This document shows, in pieces, positions 24,315-37,358 of a DNA stretch of 64,000 nt. The position numbers and the translations under genes were made by a program. This DNA is from Leptogorgia sarmentosa (taxonomy: Eukaryota). Numbering within the stretch: the first letter of the stretch is position 1; the number at the start of each line of letters is the position of its first letter. The stretch is from NCBI GenBank assembly GCA_964658305.1, contig OZ210885.1, positions 25,668,001 to 25,732,000 of the forward strand. The letters run 5' to 3'. Below the pieces are notes generated by a model that worked only from the letters and a program-made list of their open reading frames with translations, was not told where the DNA came from and did not search any database.

Positions 24315-25419
24315 AGTGCCTATGACATGAAATTTTTTATTTGATATTTAGTTAGGTTATTACGCAGTAATAATAATTACAAAATATCAGCTTTTTACGA
24401 CGACGATTTCGTGCTTAAAATCCATTGCAAAGTATGCAAATTGGCCGTTTTGCTGGGGAAATATAGTAGCAGTCTGGGAACGAGTCTGGCACAGTTCGTG
24501 ACGTCACAATTTGGAAGGAATTAACATCAACAAATGCAAACGTGCTTCACAACTCGAGCATTTCACAGCATAATATATTGAGATGAGCGACACTGAATCA
24601 GCTCGATCTACACGATCAGCGTCAGACAAAGAATCAGAAGGAGGGGATTGTTTCGAACGCAGTTTTGGTGCTGTTGAACCATATGTAGATGATCCAATAG
24701 TCGGCGATGATAGTGACAGCAGTTCAACTTCAAGCGAAGACTACGAAGATGAAGACCGGATTCCACGACAAGAACTCGAAGGCCGATACGAAGGCAACAT
24801 TCCTGTTAGCTCGTGGTATGTCATCTGTTTTTATGTTTCTTTATCCAAAGCACATTCAGCCCTATCTTTAAGGTGCGAGTGTGGCAATTGTCACAGTGAA
24901 TATTTAGTCGTTGCGCGTGAATTTCGATGCTGCAAAGAAATATCACCTGTCTTGGGGAAGATTTGTTTGATCGAAGGCTCTGAATTGAAATGTATTTGCG
25001 AACATGAAGACTTCGTCCCTTTGACGCATAGAGCAGTACTGCTAAATGCTGGACCACTGTTGCGAGGAAAGGATGGGAAAAAGTACAAACGTCGTGGAAA
25101 TTCTATAGAAAGTGAAAATGAGTAAGCTTACATAATACTATTGCATATCACTATTCACAAATATTTAAAACACAAATGTTTTACACAATTGAGGCCTAGT
25201 TTTCTATGAGCTGATTAATGTAACTTTTTTAACGTTTTCTATGAGCTGTGGCATACAGATGGATCATCAGATGGCTGTGTGGGTATATGGGATGGGAGAA
25301 TGCTCGACCACTATCTGCATGTATTTATCATTATATAAGAACTACATTTGTGACGAGCAGTTCAACAGGATTCCTACCTTCGGACAAACAATTTACAATA
25401 ACATACAATTTAGCTGATT
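24315..25419 (+). mobile_element. Left part of a Kolobok element (terminus plus KolX gene)
   Basis: TTAA (24311-24314) followed by AGTGCCTATGACATG, then KolX. No matching right end found downstream. Confidence 0.75.
24583..25410 (+). pseudogene. KolX-like protein (P2X7-ballast-like), three exons, probably disabled at exon 3
   Basis: Acidic N-terminus with EPY; CECGNC...RCCKE...CICEHEDF; AYRWIIRWLCGYMGWENARPLSACIYHYIR. Introns at about 24816-24871 and 25122-25199; duplicated TTTTCTATGAGCTG containing TGA at the start of exon 3. Confidence 0.8.
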
Positions 25420-25670
25420 TAATCTCGTCCCCGGAACCTAGATGCTTTTGGGCTTTTCTCGGAAACCAGAATACTTTGTAAATAATGCGGTTATGCACAG
25501 CATATGCTTGTTGACCATGGCAACTACGGCTGCAAGGATGCGCTGTGCATACCCGGATACCAGGTTTGTCTGTTTCTGAATCTGGCCATGAATTATCCCT
25601 GAGTCTCACATTCCAGGGTCTCACATTCCAGGGCAAGGACGGAAAAAAACAGGGTCTGGGGACGAGATTG
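25420..25670. mobile_element. Academ-type MITE
   Basis: TAATCTCGTCCCC...GGGGACGAGATTG termini with a degenerate 9-bp TSD TAGCTGATT / TAGGTGGTT; terminus resembles that at 51752. Confidence 0.6.
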
Positions 25671-26399
25671 TAGGTGGTTGTGTTTCATAGTGCATGTACT
25701 CCTGTACTTGTATGGATAACATTTAACAAGTACTGTAACAATAAAACCTACAATTAAACCATAACAAAATATTCAATATAAGCTGTTTGTATATTTTGTA
25801 GCCAGTTGTAATGCTAATCCAGCATTCCTAAATTATTGAAATACAATGTTTTTCCATCCTAACTCTCATCAGCAAGTACTTGAGCGGCAGCTTCCAACTC
25901 AGGCACGACAAACGTTTGAAACGACAACGTTTAACGGGTGGCTGAGATGGAAAAGAAAGAAAGGGGACAAAATAAACCACAACGGCATCCTCCGAATGAC
26001 CAGAGGGGGGCAACAGTCCCGGCCCAACTGCGAGAGTCGAACACAAAGAGCTTTAGATAGCCCTGGGAAAGTTATCCCCCGCCAGTCAAAGGTAATAATA
26101 GTAACAATTGAAACCACAAAATAAACGCAGATACCATAAATGCAAACATTTATTTAGTATGTCCCATTTATCATTCATTCCTTTACTAATGACATTATTC
26201 AAATAACACAACATAGAATTTCAATATTCCGACAAAGGTCGAAAAAAAGAAAAGCTTAAACGCCTGCAAAACACAAAGGTATCGCGTGCCTCCAACATGA
26301 CGAGAAACACATCTGTCAATTACCAAGTAACTTGGCAATTTCCAATTCCATAGGTACACGTGCTCAGTCTCACGCAATGTAACGTTGCAATAAATATCT

Positions 26400-27555
26400 G
26401 CCCATATACCAACTAAGTTGGAATTTCAAATGCCATAGATACTCGTGCATGGTCTGAAACAAATCCAACATCGCCAGAAGCACATCTCAAAAATACCAAC
26501 TCTATTGGCAATTTCAGATTCAATAAGTAATTGCATGCACGGCCTGAAGCCATCTAACATTGCCAGAAGCACCTATGTCTCAATAGACCAATTTAACGAT
26601 ATTAGCAAATTCAAGTTCACTCGGTCCTCGTGCACGGTCTGAAGCAATCTAACATTGCCAGACGCACATCTCTCAATATCAATTTAACGATATTGGCAAA
26701 TTCAAGTTCACTCGGTCCTCTTGCATGGTCTGAAGCAATCTAACATTGCCAGAAGCACATCTCTCAATATCAATTTAATGATATTGGCAAATTCAAGTTC
26801 ACTCGGCCTCGTGCCCGGTCGGAAGCAATCTAACATTGCCAGAAGCACATCTCTCAATATCAATTTAACGATATTGGCAAATTCAAGTTCAATCGGCCTC
26901 GTGCCCGGTCTGAAGCAATCTAACATTGCCAGAAGCACATCTCGCAATATCAATTTAACGATATTGGTAAATTCAAGTTCAGTCGGCCTCGTGCCTGGTC
27001 GGAAGCAATCTAACATTGCCAGAAGCACATCTCTCAATATCAATTTAACGATATTGGTAAATTCAAGTTCAATCGGCGTCGTGCACGGTCTGAAACAATC
27101 TAACATTGCCAGAAGCACATCTCAATATCAATTTAACGATATTGGCAAATTCAAGTTCACTCGGTCCTCGTGCACGGTCTGAAGCAATCTAACATTGCCA
27201 GAAGCACATCTCTCAATATCAATTTAACGATATTGGTAAATTCAAGTTCACTCGGTCCTCGTGCACGGTCTGAAGCAATCTAACATTGCCAAAAGCACAT
27301 CTCAATATCAATTTAACGATATTAGCAAATTCAAGTTCAATCGGCCTCGTGCACGGTCTGAAGCAATCTCACATTGCCAGAAGCACATCTCTGAAGCAAT
27401 GATCAATTTAACGATATTGGCAATTTCAAATTCAATATGTAATCGTGCAAGGTCTGAAGCAATCGAACACAGCCAGAAGCACATCTCTCAATACCAATTA
27501 AATTGGCAATTTCAAATTCAGGGGATACTCGTGCACAGTCTGAAGCAAATCTAAC
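26400..27555. repeat. Tandem array of a 90-bp unit, about 13 copies, homogeneous centre and diverged edges
   Basis: Unit TCTGAAGCAATCTAACATTGCCAGAAGCACATCTCTCAATATCAATTTAACGATATTGGCAAATTCAAGTTCACTCGGTCCTCGTGCACGG repeated head to tail. Confidence 0.95.
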
Positions 27556-28744
27556 TACATCGTCAGAACACTAATACGTACTGCGCCGTAAAAACGAAAG
27601 CTTGGGAAAGCCAAAGCTTGGGCGATACACAATCCCCCCGTGAACATTCATACAATAAAGATACGAAATAAGTGAAACCGCTCATGCATTGCATGAGGAG
27701 ATAAACTTCCCAACCAAACAACTGCTAATGTACGAAGTAATAGTGCAAGATAGGCGAGAAAACCCCACCGAAATAAAACCCCAACCAAGCAGACGAAAAT
27801 CAAAACACTGAGACCAAACATGAAGAACCTGATACAAACCACCTGGGCTGTGCTAGAAAACCAATCTAGCATGAAATAAACAGGTTCTTGCCTTGGTACT
27901 GGATTGGGTTGAAGCACCTCCTCTCTGTGTCGTAACGGCTTGCGAACAGGTCGTTGGTCCATGTTTATCTGTTTCTTTATCCAGCACTCCAATTGTCGTG
28001 GCGATCAGCACAAAATTATGGCATATAACACGGGAAACGTGGCGTTTTATACATGGTAAATCATTATTTATTCATCAAAAGCATTACTTATTCGTATTTT
28101 AATGCTCAATAATGATCCGCGGGCGTTTTGGCCAATTTGAATAGTTAAGTATTCGAACATTCCGGCGAGGAGCGATGTATAATGTAAACAACAGGCTTGT
28201 TGTTCAAACCGTAGTAATATAGTGAAGGAATCAATTCGAATTATCTGGAAATGGTTTTCACAAAGATGGCGTCTTGTGCGTACGTGGAGGAGTCGTGCAA
28301 TTGCGTGTTAAAGGCAAGTACGTTAGAATAAATACGTTCGAAATATTCGATCTATGTCCCTGTCAAAGTTGCATATAAGCTACTTTGGTAAAAGTCAGCA
28401 AAAATAATAGACTCTGAATATGCCAAAAGGAAGGCGTTTTTACAGCCTTCAAAGGCATTTGCTTTTCAGTTTCGGATTTGCTAAAATACCGTTCTAATAA
28501 TACAAATAAATATCAAGAAACATATTTACAAATTTACAAGTATTTTAACTATAAATTTGTGAGAACAGCGTATAATGGTCTGTCTATACTAAAGATCTAC
28601 TGTTTACAATGTATAGTACTAATAAAGTTATATCCTTATCAGTTATCCTTGCAACAACTGAAGACTTCACGATATTAAGTTAAAACCCCTCATAATAGTA
28701 GAGAATAGAATAGAGTTTAGTTTAATATAGTATTTTAATTCTGT

Positions 28745-29240
28745 AAAACAGTTTCCACTAGCTGCCTAAAGACACAAGGTCTTGACAACTTGCTGCCTAA
28801 AGACTCGAAGTCTTGACAACATAAGTTTCAACTATTCACAGCATATAACTTGGTTAATTATATGTTAAGTGTATTTTTAATACCATAAAACAGTTTCCAC
28901 TAGCTGCCTAAAGACTCGAAGTCTTGACAACATAAGTTTCAACTATTCACAGCATATAACTTGGTTAATTATATTTTAAGTGCATTTTTGTTTTTTGATA
29001 CCGTAAAACAGTTTCCACTAGCTGCCTAAGGACACAAGGTCTTGACAACTTGCTGCCTAAAGACTCGAAGTCTTGACAACATAAGTTTCAACTATTCACA
29101 GCATATAACTTGGTTAATTATATTTTAAGTGTATTTTTTATACTGTAAAACAGTTTCCACTAGCTGCCTAAAGACTCGAAGTCTTGACAACATAAGTTTC
29201 AACTATTCACAGCATTTAATTTGGTTAATTGTATATATTT
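28745..29240. repeat. Four-copy tandem repeat alternating long (about 140 bp) and short (about 115 bp) units
   Basis: TAAAACAGTTTCCACTAGCTGCCTAA starts near 28745, 28886, 29004 and 29146. Copies 1 and 3 carry an extra GACACAAGGTCTTGACAACTTGCTGCCTAAA. Confidence 0.9.
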
Positions 29241-29367
29241 TAAGTTTATTTTGTGTATTCTACCATTCACAATATCCTAAATTTATGGTTTGTACTTTTT
29301 TGAAGGTGTTATGTTGTTATTTATGTTTTTTATCTCAATTTATTATGTATAGGAAAGACTCGATTCC

Positions 29368-31867
29368 TTATTGCAAGCTCTCCTTCAAAGTTCTTATTAC
29401 TTCTGCCATAGATGGTCTTGATCCTGGCTTGGTATCCTTGCATTGCCTTCCCAAAGATTGTAGACATCCATGTACCAATGTCTTTCCAACACTATAAATG
29501 ATGACTCCAAATGAAAAGACATCACTGGATATAGACACTGGACGTTCTCGCAAAACCTCTGAAGCGATGTGGTTGTAGAATGAGGTGTACTTTCGAGCCG
29601 TCGGCTTGGCAATATGACAAGCTTTCCCAAAATCTATCAAATAACCTTTTTTTCCTGAGACAACAACATTATTTGACTTCAAATCACAGTGCAAAAACCC
29701 TTTTTGATGAACATGGAAAAGAGCTTCTGCAATATCAAGTAGAATGGAGATCCATTCATTTCTAGATAGTAACAGATGTTTTTCCATGTCTTGGTGCAAT
29801 GCCAATAGCTTGTGAACTGTGACTGAATTCCAGGGGCGGATCCAGACTACGTCTTATATGTCGCAGGACGCAGTAAAAAAATCCAGAGGATTATTGATTT
29901 ATTGCAATAATTTCTTAAATAATTTTTCAATGATTAATTCGCCAAATATAATCAAATATTTTCGAAATATTTATTACAAAATGAACGATTTCCATCTTTT
30001 AAACTTCGTATTTAAATTTTATTTAAATCAAGTATCATATTCCATGACACCAGTCAACGGAGTCAACGGTCAAACGGAGAACGCGAACTATAAACAAAAC
30101 ATGTAACCTAACAACGAGTTCAAGCGCTGCCCGCAAAGTAAGTCGCACCAGCGAGTTGCGACTAACATGCGGGCTTGGGTAAGCGCGATTTTGACTTCTG
30201 ATTGGTCAAAATCACAATTTACGTCATTGCGCATGGTAACGAGTCTTCGTTTTTGCAACATTTCAATGCGGTTACATTTCAATGCGGTTTTGCCTGCAAA
30301 TCCTGCGAACAAAATGCGCGCATAGCTAGCTTGCAGAGTGGCTTGCTTGTACCACTTGCACTCATCTCATAGTATCGATAGTATGGCGTCTTTAATACAA
30401 GACCGCATAAAAAGTGCTTTACCTAGCAAAGATGAAGTAACTTTGCGTCGTATTTACAATGAAATGTCAGCGTAAATGTTATCTCGCACAATGTGTACGA
30501 AGGCTAATACACTACAGCGTGTTGGAGTTGATATTTTTCGAAATATTAATGCAGAAAATTTCATCCCTGTCCGATGTTATACTGAATTAATATTTCAAAG
30601 TACATCCTAGGCATGCTGATGAGCTCTGATATTGAGCGAAATGGTTGAAAATTTGCAGACAGTGCTTTAATCAGACCTAAAACCTCCTAAATTTTATTAT
30701 TTAAAGCTGCTCTAAAATGCCCGGAATGCCATTTCCGAGCTTCAATTTTCAAAATTTTCCAGGGGGGGCATGCCCCCGGACCCCCCTAACCTGGGTTGTG
30801 CCTTTGGCACGACCCCTTTGCGACTAACTACGCTCAAAACACTGGATCCCCCCCTGCTGAATTCATACCCTCACCAAGAAACTGCATCACCGAAGAATAT
30901 GGTTTTTCTTCAGTTTGGACCCCTAATAAATGAGGGATTGAAGGATGAGTCAGTATGTTCATGCACTGTGCATCATGCATAACAGCTGTTAAGTCTGAAG
31001 TTGGTACTTTTTTCTCGACAACTGTTATGTCAAATCTCTTAAATAGGTTTAAAATACAATCTCCATATGTTCCTGAACCAACAGGAACAGTTGCAGAGCT
31101 ACTTCCATCCAGTGGTAACAATTCACTGGGGCTGATTTGTTTTACTGAGGAGTTCCCAGCTACAGCAGCATCCATCCAAACCTATAATTAATAGCAATAT
31201 ACTGTAAATCAACTCCCATTTTAACAGTTTGTACATAACTTAGTTTGATCGTATTGAGGTGCAATGACCTGCCTGGATGTGTGAAATAAAACTTCTAGTA
31301 AAATGTCAATTTAAGGTATGTCGGTGTTTTATTGGGTTGTTTCAAAAGGTGAACACTGCCCTGATGGGGGACATTTGGGCCATCTGGAAAATAAGAAAAT
31401 ATGACGTTGAACATCATTTCATTAAGGAGAACGAATTTGACTTTATATTTCTTGAATTTACATAATCCAATGCGTCATGTAGGTAAATCCAAAATACAAA
31501 CATGCAGTGTTGAGAACAGAGGAGGCAGTATAAGTAAAGTATAAGTATAAATAAAGTATAAGTATTTGCTATTTGGTACTATTATTGTATTTTCCTCTTT
31601 CAAAATAGTTTACCTGTCTTGAGTGGGATTTTATCGGTATTTTACGGCGTAGATCGTTTGCCTCCTTGCATACATTTTCCACTTAATGTAGTATTTATCG
31701 GCCAGTGCTCTGTGTTCCATTACGCATTCGTGAATTTTTTGCGCCAGAACTGCTTCAGAAGCTGATCGCTTGTTTATAGCGCGTTGTTGTCTCTTTCGCT
31801 TCTTGCGGCAATTGCGCATCTTTCTTTTCTTTTCCAACTCACTTAGTTGCGAATCAGGTTTTCCCAT
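29368..31867 (-). pseudogene. Short protein kinase gene interrupted by a hAT MITE
   Basis: GSGTYG loop, HPSIPHLLGV, HCDLKSNNVV, IDFGKA, HIASE and SDVFSFG motifs. Removing 29831-30856 plus one TSD copy gives in-frame GEGMNSVTVHKLL. A basic N-terminal exon at 31867 to ~31615 is probable but less certain. Confidence 0.85.
29831..30856. mobile_element. hAT-type non-autonomous element
   Basis: CAGGGGCGGATCCAG / CTGGATCCCCCCCTG TIRs; perfect 8-bp TSD CTGAATTC at 29823-29830 and 30857-30864. Confidence 0.9.
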
Positions 31868-32602
31868 TATTCCTAAAGTGCACGAACAAGAAAATAAAAT
31901 CTGTGGACTGAATTAATCTGAATACTCGTTCTTTTATGAAGATAAATCAATTTTAGTGCCAAATTACCAAAATTCGCGTCAAACACGCAATTTCTAGGCA
32001 AAAGACTGGTAACTAGATTGAGTTTCTACTAAAAAAATTATCATGAACGAAAGTTGGAACGAAAGTATGAAACTAACCGCCTTTACATTTGGCATTTTGG
32101 AAATTACACACTGCTATATATATACTTAATTTGTTGATGTCGCTAATAAATTCTAAACATTTTTCGATACAATTTGCACGCGTGGTAAAATCGTAGCTAC
32201 ATTTTCGAAATGTGTTTTGGTTACCTGTGTGGTCACAGCTCCAGCTGTTTCTTAGCAACGAAATGCTTGTATTTTTAAATGCCTCTCATAGCTGTAATGA
32301 AACCTACATTTGTCTTTTGTATTTCATTTAAAAACATGCAGCCGTACGAACAAAACGGCTAGTAGTACTACTGCTGAATATACGTCATCTACAACGAATC
32401 AAGGACAAAGCGAAAATGCAATTTTGGGTGCCAGTGAGTTGGTATGTAAAATAAATATGGGTTTAATTTTAGCAATCAAAGGTCTGCTGTTGAAATCAAA
32501 GGTCGAATCGTATTAATGTTTATAATTATCTTAGAGATTTGGTGGCTCTTAAAAGAGCCGGGTTTTTTTTCTTTAATATCGTTTCGATTCATCATTGACA
32601 TA

Positions 32603-35265
32603 TTATTTGTTTTCCTTTTTCCATTGATCCACAAGGGCTTGACAATGCTTCAATTTGTCGATCAACAATTTGGCAGCAGGGTCTTTCAATATTTCCCTCG
32701 ATGTCGGCAGTTTACCATGACTGCTGAAGTACTGTTGCTCGATATTCTTGAGCTGCTGTTTCGTGTTGCTCTGCGACTGGGAAACTCTGATTTCCATAAC
32801 TGCGGCAATCTGCAGGTAAGCTTTGATCAAATCGTTGTCCTTCGGTGAAGCTTTCAATCTTTTTCTGGCCTTGTCAAACCGCAACACCTCCTCAGTCATT
32901 CCCAGAACAAAACTGAGTGCACAACCCTGTTTCGTTTGTGTTTTTGGTTGCCCTTCTATTTCTGTAAAGAAATGGACAAAGCGTTATTAAGTAAGACTGA
33001 CTATTTATTGTGGAAGAGTATATAGTTACCTAGCATTATTCCATGGAACGTTTACCCAATTTAGTTTTTTACCCAATTTTATATTGTTGGCATATCAGTA
33101 CCTTTTTTGATTTGGTCTTTTACTTTATTTTCTTGGTCAGCTTCTTCCTGGAATTCATTGCCAAGACAAATATCATTCGACACCTCAACTATCCTAACAT
33201 TACATTCAACAACATCTTTCTCATTCCCTTCATCAACAATATTTTTTCCCAACTCAACCTGTTGATGCATTGCAACAATACCATCACAAACCTCACTCCT
33301 CTCAACTGCAGCTTCCAAACCACTTCCCGACATACAATCTTCCATCCTTTCAGTTCCAACCTCTCCTTCATCAGTAACTCCTGCAAGGCAGCCATCACAT
33401 CCCTCTTCCCTTCTGCTTGTATCTCCAACATTTAATACCACCATGTTGCCCTCATCATTTTCAATCTGAAGAACTTCGATTGGCATTGGTGTCTTTTTTT
33501 CTAAACACAACTCCCAACACTTCTTCAAGTAATTCTCCTCAGCTTTAAAATTACTGGAACGAAAATGGTGTAGGGTTGGTCCCTGTGGAACAGCTTCAGG
33601 ATTTCCCTTTGCATCAAAAAACTCAATGTCACCATTTGTGCATGTTCTCCACCAAATTCCATCACCTGCTAATAAGAAATCACAGATTCGTTCAAGATGA
33701 ACTTGCCAAACACTGGGATTCCTTGTAGCGACTTAAGTTCTTTCTCAGCCTGGACTCGGATAAAAACATTACCAATTATATGATCTGGGTGATAGGAGGA
33801 CGTCATTCTTGTAATATTGTTGATACTGTTAAAGACTCTTTCCTGTTCCTCAGTGTTTGTAGATCGTCCACTGATCAGTCTGTTCTGAATGGGTGCATGT
33901 GATGTGATGTTGTGAAAGTAGTTTCCATAAAACTTCCTGCTGGTCATTTGCTTCAAGGAAAATCCAATAATAGATTTGCACAGCATGCCATGGTAAAATG
34001 TAAGGTTATGGAGTCTCAGGACTGATCTTGGGATTCTTTGTGCTTCTGAACTGTAGGATATCTCTTGAATTTCCACAAGGGTGTCAAGTAACATTTGGAC
34101 CATTGGATCAACTATGCCTCTGACTTGATTTGAGATCATAATCAAAGCACATCGATAATCAATAGTCCGTTTAGTTTCTTTCCCCCCGATGGATAATTTT
34201 AGTATATCCTTCAGTTTAGAAGCTTCATTGGTTGGTAGATGGTCAGGGAGCTCGGTCAGTAAATTTTCATTGTGTTTGCCAATATCATGGAGAGGTTCAA
34301 AACCAAGAATTTCATAACTTGAACAATTCAACTTTCTCCAAATTATGTCGCTGAGTTGCTTCTTCTTTGTTTTCAAAAGCCATTGCCAGCCTTTCCCTTT
34401 GTCGCCCAGACAGGGATTGCCTATTTCCAAAGCATCTGTGAAATAAAAGTACTTTATAAAAAATGTCATGTGTTGATTGAGGCAGCTTCTGCCATATATT
34501 ATTTTTACCTGATAAACGATGTACTTTCCCCGTCTTTTTCTACCGCTTCCTTGAATTTCCTGTAATTATTTCTTACTATCTGTTCTTTTTCAGATTTTGA
34601 CTTCTTCTCCTCGACGTTAAGTTCTTTGACTTTGGTCAAGGCTTTAACTAGAGAGTGGCCAGTGATCTTTTCAAACATGGGGTTCACCTGGTCGTAAAGG
34701 GACTTTGCAGTCTCGCCTGCTTCACGGAGAGTGGTACTCTTCAATTCACTTGGACTTTAATGTCTTTGCTTGGGATGGTGGGTTTGTTCTCCTTCAGTGA
34801 GCCGGTGAACCTCTTCCATTTAACGGGAAATAAAGCTTGTGTTTCACCATGTTTCAACTGACATTGCTTACAGTTTGGGAACACATGTTCAACTCTTATT
34901 GTTGGGGAAAGTTTATTCCACTCTTCGATGTTGAACGTTGCCATGTATTGATTGCGCTCTGCGATCTTCCTGTGGTTCCATCGGCTGCATTTCTCGCGAA
35001 GTGGTGGGAAAATGGCTTGAAAACGTTTGAAGTCCACTGGAAAATTCTCCTTACAACATTCGAATAAGGCAGAGAAACGATCGTAGTTCTCACGCAGCAA
35101 ACACACAAGATAATGCTTTCGTGTCTCGTTCTCTTGGCACTTCAGATTTCGATCTGCGTCTACTTGTGCAGCGACTTGCCAACAATTCCTCGCGCAAAGC
35201 CACACGTCAAAGGATGAAGGAAAGTCCCACACATTGCCGCAAATGCGTGGATGAGACGTAAACAA
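32603..35265 (-). pseudogene. Multi-exon putative DDE transposase of unassigned family with a RAG1/Transib-like C-terminal pattern
   Basis: ILGFEPLHDIGKH and FYGNYFHNITSHAPIQ...STNTEEQERVFN resemble the H-x4-H ... E-x2-E arrangement of RAG1/Transib-type enzymes. N-terminal H-x4-C-x2-C. No termini found. Confidence 0.5.
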
Positions 35266-37358
35266 CTACTAACTGTGTACAATGAAGAAAATAGACTCGA
35301 TTTAATCAAGCTAAAATTTGCGTTCTTCACTGCTGTAGAAAGTTTTGCAATTTGCACCAAAATTTGAAACTTGTGGATATGCGTCATTCATCTTGCGATA
35401 GCACAATAAGCCACTTAACTATATATGAATTTTGTGCGTATTTGTGAAAAATATTGTAAAACATTCTCAACTAGTGGTCATACATAGTCTTTAGGTAAAT
35501 ATATCGTGGTGCACAAGCGCGTTTAAATTTAGTTAAGAAATAAACAAACACTGTTATGTAATGAAATGTTCTCTGCATTTCGTATAATTAAGATGAAATT
35601 ACTATTTATTTTACTGTTGGAATACAAAAATTGACTAGAGAGTTAAAAATGAGCTTGTCCCCTTCCTTGTCCGCCATGTTGTTAAACAAATCACCATGGA
35701 AATAACAATATTATCGTGTTTAGCCGCTGCAAACGAACTAAGACCAGCGCTGGCGCGACTTCATGATGGCGACGGATTTTGTTTATATCACGCGAAAAAC
35801 GTGTTCGGCTTGCAGCAGGGTAAATACGAAGTGTTCTAATTGTTTTGTTTGCTACGAACATCGCCAAGGGATCGAAATTTCCTAAGGATATTTCGAAAGC
35901 GTTCATTTATGAAGGCAACGTCATTTAATGTACCAAGTAACTGTCCTATGCTGCTAACCATGTCATTATATACTCATAAAACAATAAAACGAGCATTGAA
36001 TGCCAATTTTCCGAATTTAAGTATTATACCCCAGCATGGGAAGTATATGATTAACGCTATTTGGCACTGCCTTGTGCATGAATTATGTTGCTGCAGAGCC
36101 CATGAAGTCATTTTCGGTGATATTCTTGAGGATATATGTCACATGATCGTTCCCATGACAACGAAATGTAGCTCAACTTTAAGACCTTTCCTCAACGAAC
36201 ATTATGATAGTTGAATGGTAATAATTGGTGGCTAGTATGATTTTTTACAAATTTTTATCCATTTTCCTTGCTGCGCAATTTTTGACCCGGGCATTAATGC
36301 ACCTGAGAATGTCCAGCCCATTCCCTTTGAAAAATATGTTTAGCTCAGTAATAATCAAATGAATACATATACGTATATATTTCATTTATCTACAATTATT
36401 TCTAACTTATTTCCTGTGTTCAATTATTTCTCAGTCCCGGGCATAAAATAGTAGGACCGATGGTAAGCCAGATTTCCTTGCCTCTGAATATCAGCGTAAC
36501 CCACTCCATCATCCTTAAGAGGCAATCTCTGTAAAAGCGGTCCACCGCATTTGCGGTTAGAAAATAGTTTCCCCTCAAATTTTTCCCATAAACTGGCATA
36601 CATGAGTAGGTAATCAAAAATGTTTTCGTTTTTCGAAATTCGTTAAAATAATTTTTTTACGGCTCATTTTTCGTGGGCCACATAAATTGCTGACTTTGTA
36701 ATTTTCTTTTGTGGAAAATTGCAGATATTTGTTACATCATAACTCGCAAAATATAAAAGCACGGACCAAACTTTTTTTCCTCAGACTTTTACATTTACTC
36801 AAGTTTCAAATGGTGGTAAAATTTTGAATATCGAGGAAAACTAAATATAGGGGGAAATAAGATAGTGATATCCCTTTTACGGCTTTTTGAAATCATGACA
36901 AACTAGCCCTTGCTAACAAACTTTTATCTCCCAAGTCCAACGCTGTTTTCTTGAACTTTTTATCCCAATATACTAATGAAAGGTTGTGTAAAATGTATCC
37001 ATAAAAACATTTTGCGCTTTTGATCTACATTCCGCACAGCGACTTTGGACATTTCATATTTTTTATCAATTTGCCGAGTTAAATATCAAATTAGGTAGCG
37101 AAATAAAATGGAATCCAATTTCTATAATTTCATCAAATTAATTACATTTTACGTTAGTTGAACTGTTTTGATACCTACGTTAAGAATGTAAACATATTTA
37201 CAAAAAAAATTGAATTCTCTTGCTTTTGCAAGCATGGGAAAGCTTTTAGAAAAAATGTACAAATTTATGCTCGTATTTATAGTTTTTGGTTAATTACTTT
37301 CAGCAGGACCTTCATGCAGTGTCAATAACAATCGTCAGGCATTATTATCCACAGTAAG

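Noticed and set aside
24583..25410. Host P2X7 receptor gene
   Set aside because: No transmembrane or ectodomain exons; it lies directly inside a Kolobok terminus.
26400..27555. CRISPR array or repeat-protein gene
   Set aside because: Units are contiguous with no unique spacers, there are no cas genes, and the context is eukaryotic. The ORFs follow from the 90-bp period.
32340..32363. Helitron 3' end (hairpin AGCCGT..ACGGCT plus CTAG)
   Set aside because: The hairpin overlaps the CTAG instead of lying about 10 nt upstream, and no 5' end was identified.
35635..36190. Possible TIR element between the RAG-like gene and Sola3
   Set aside because: The inverted match is short and degenerate.
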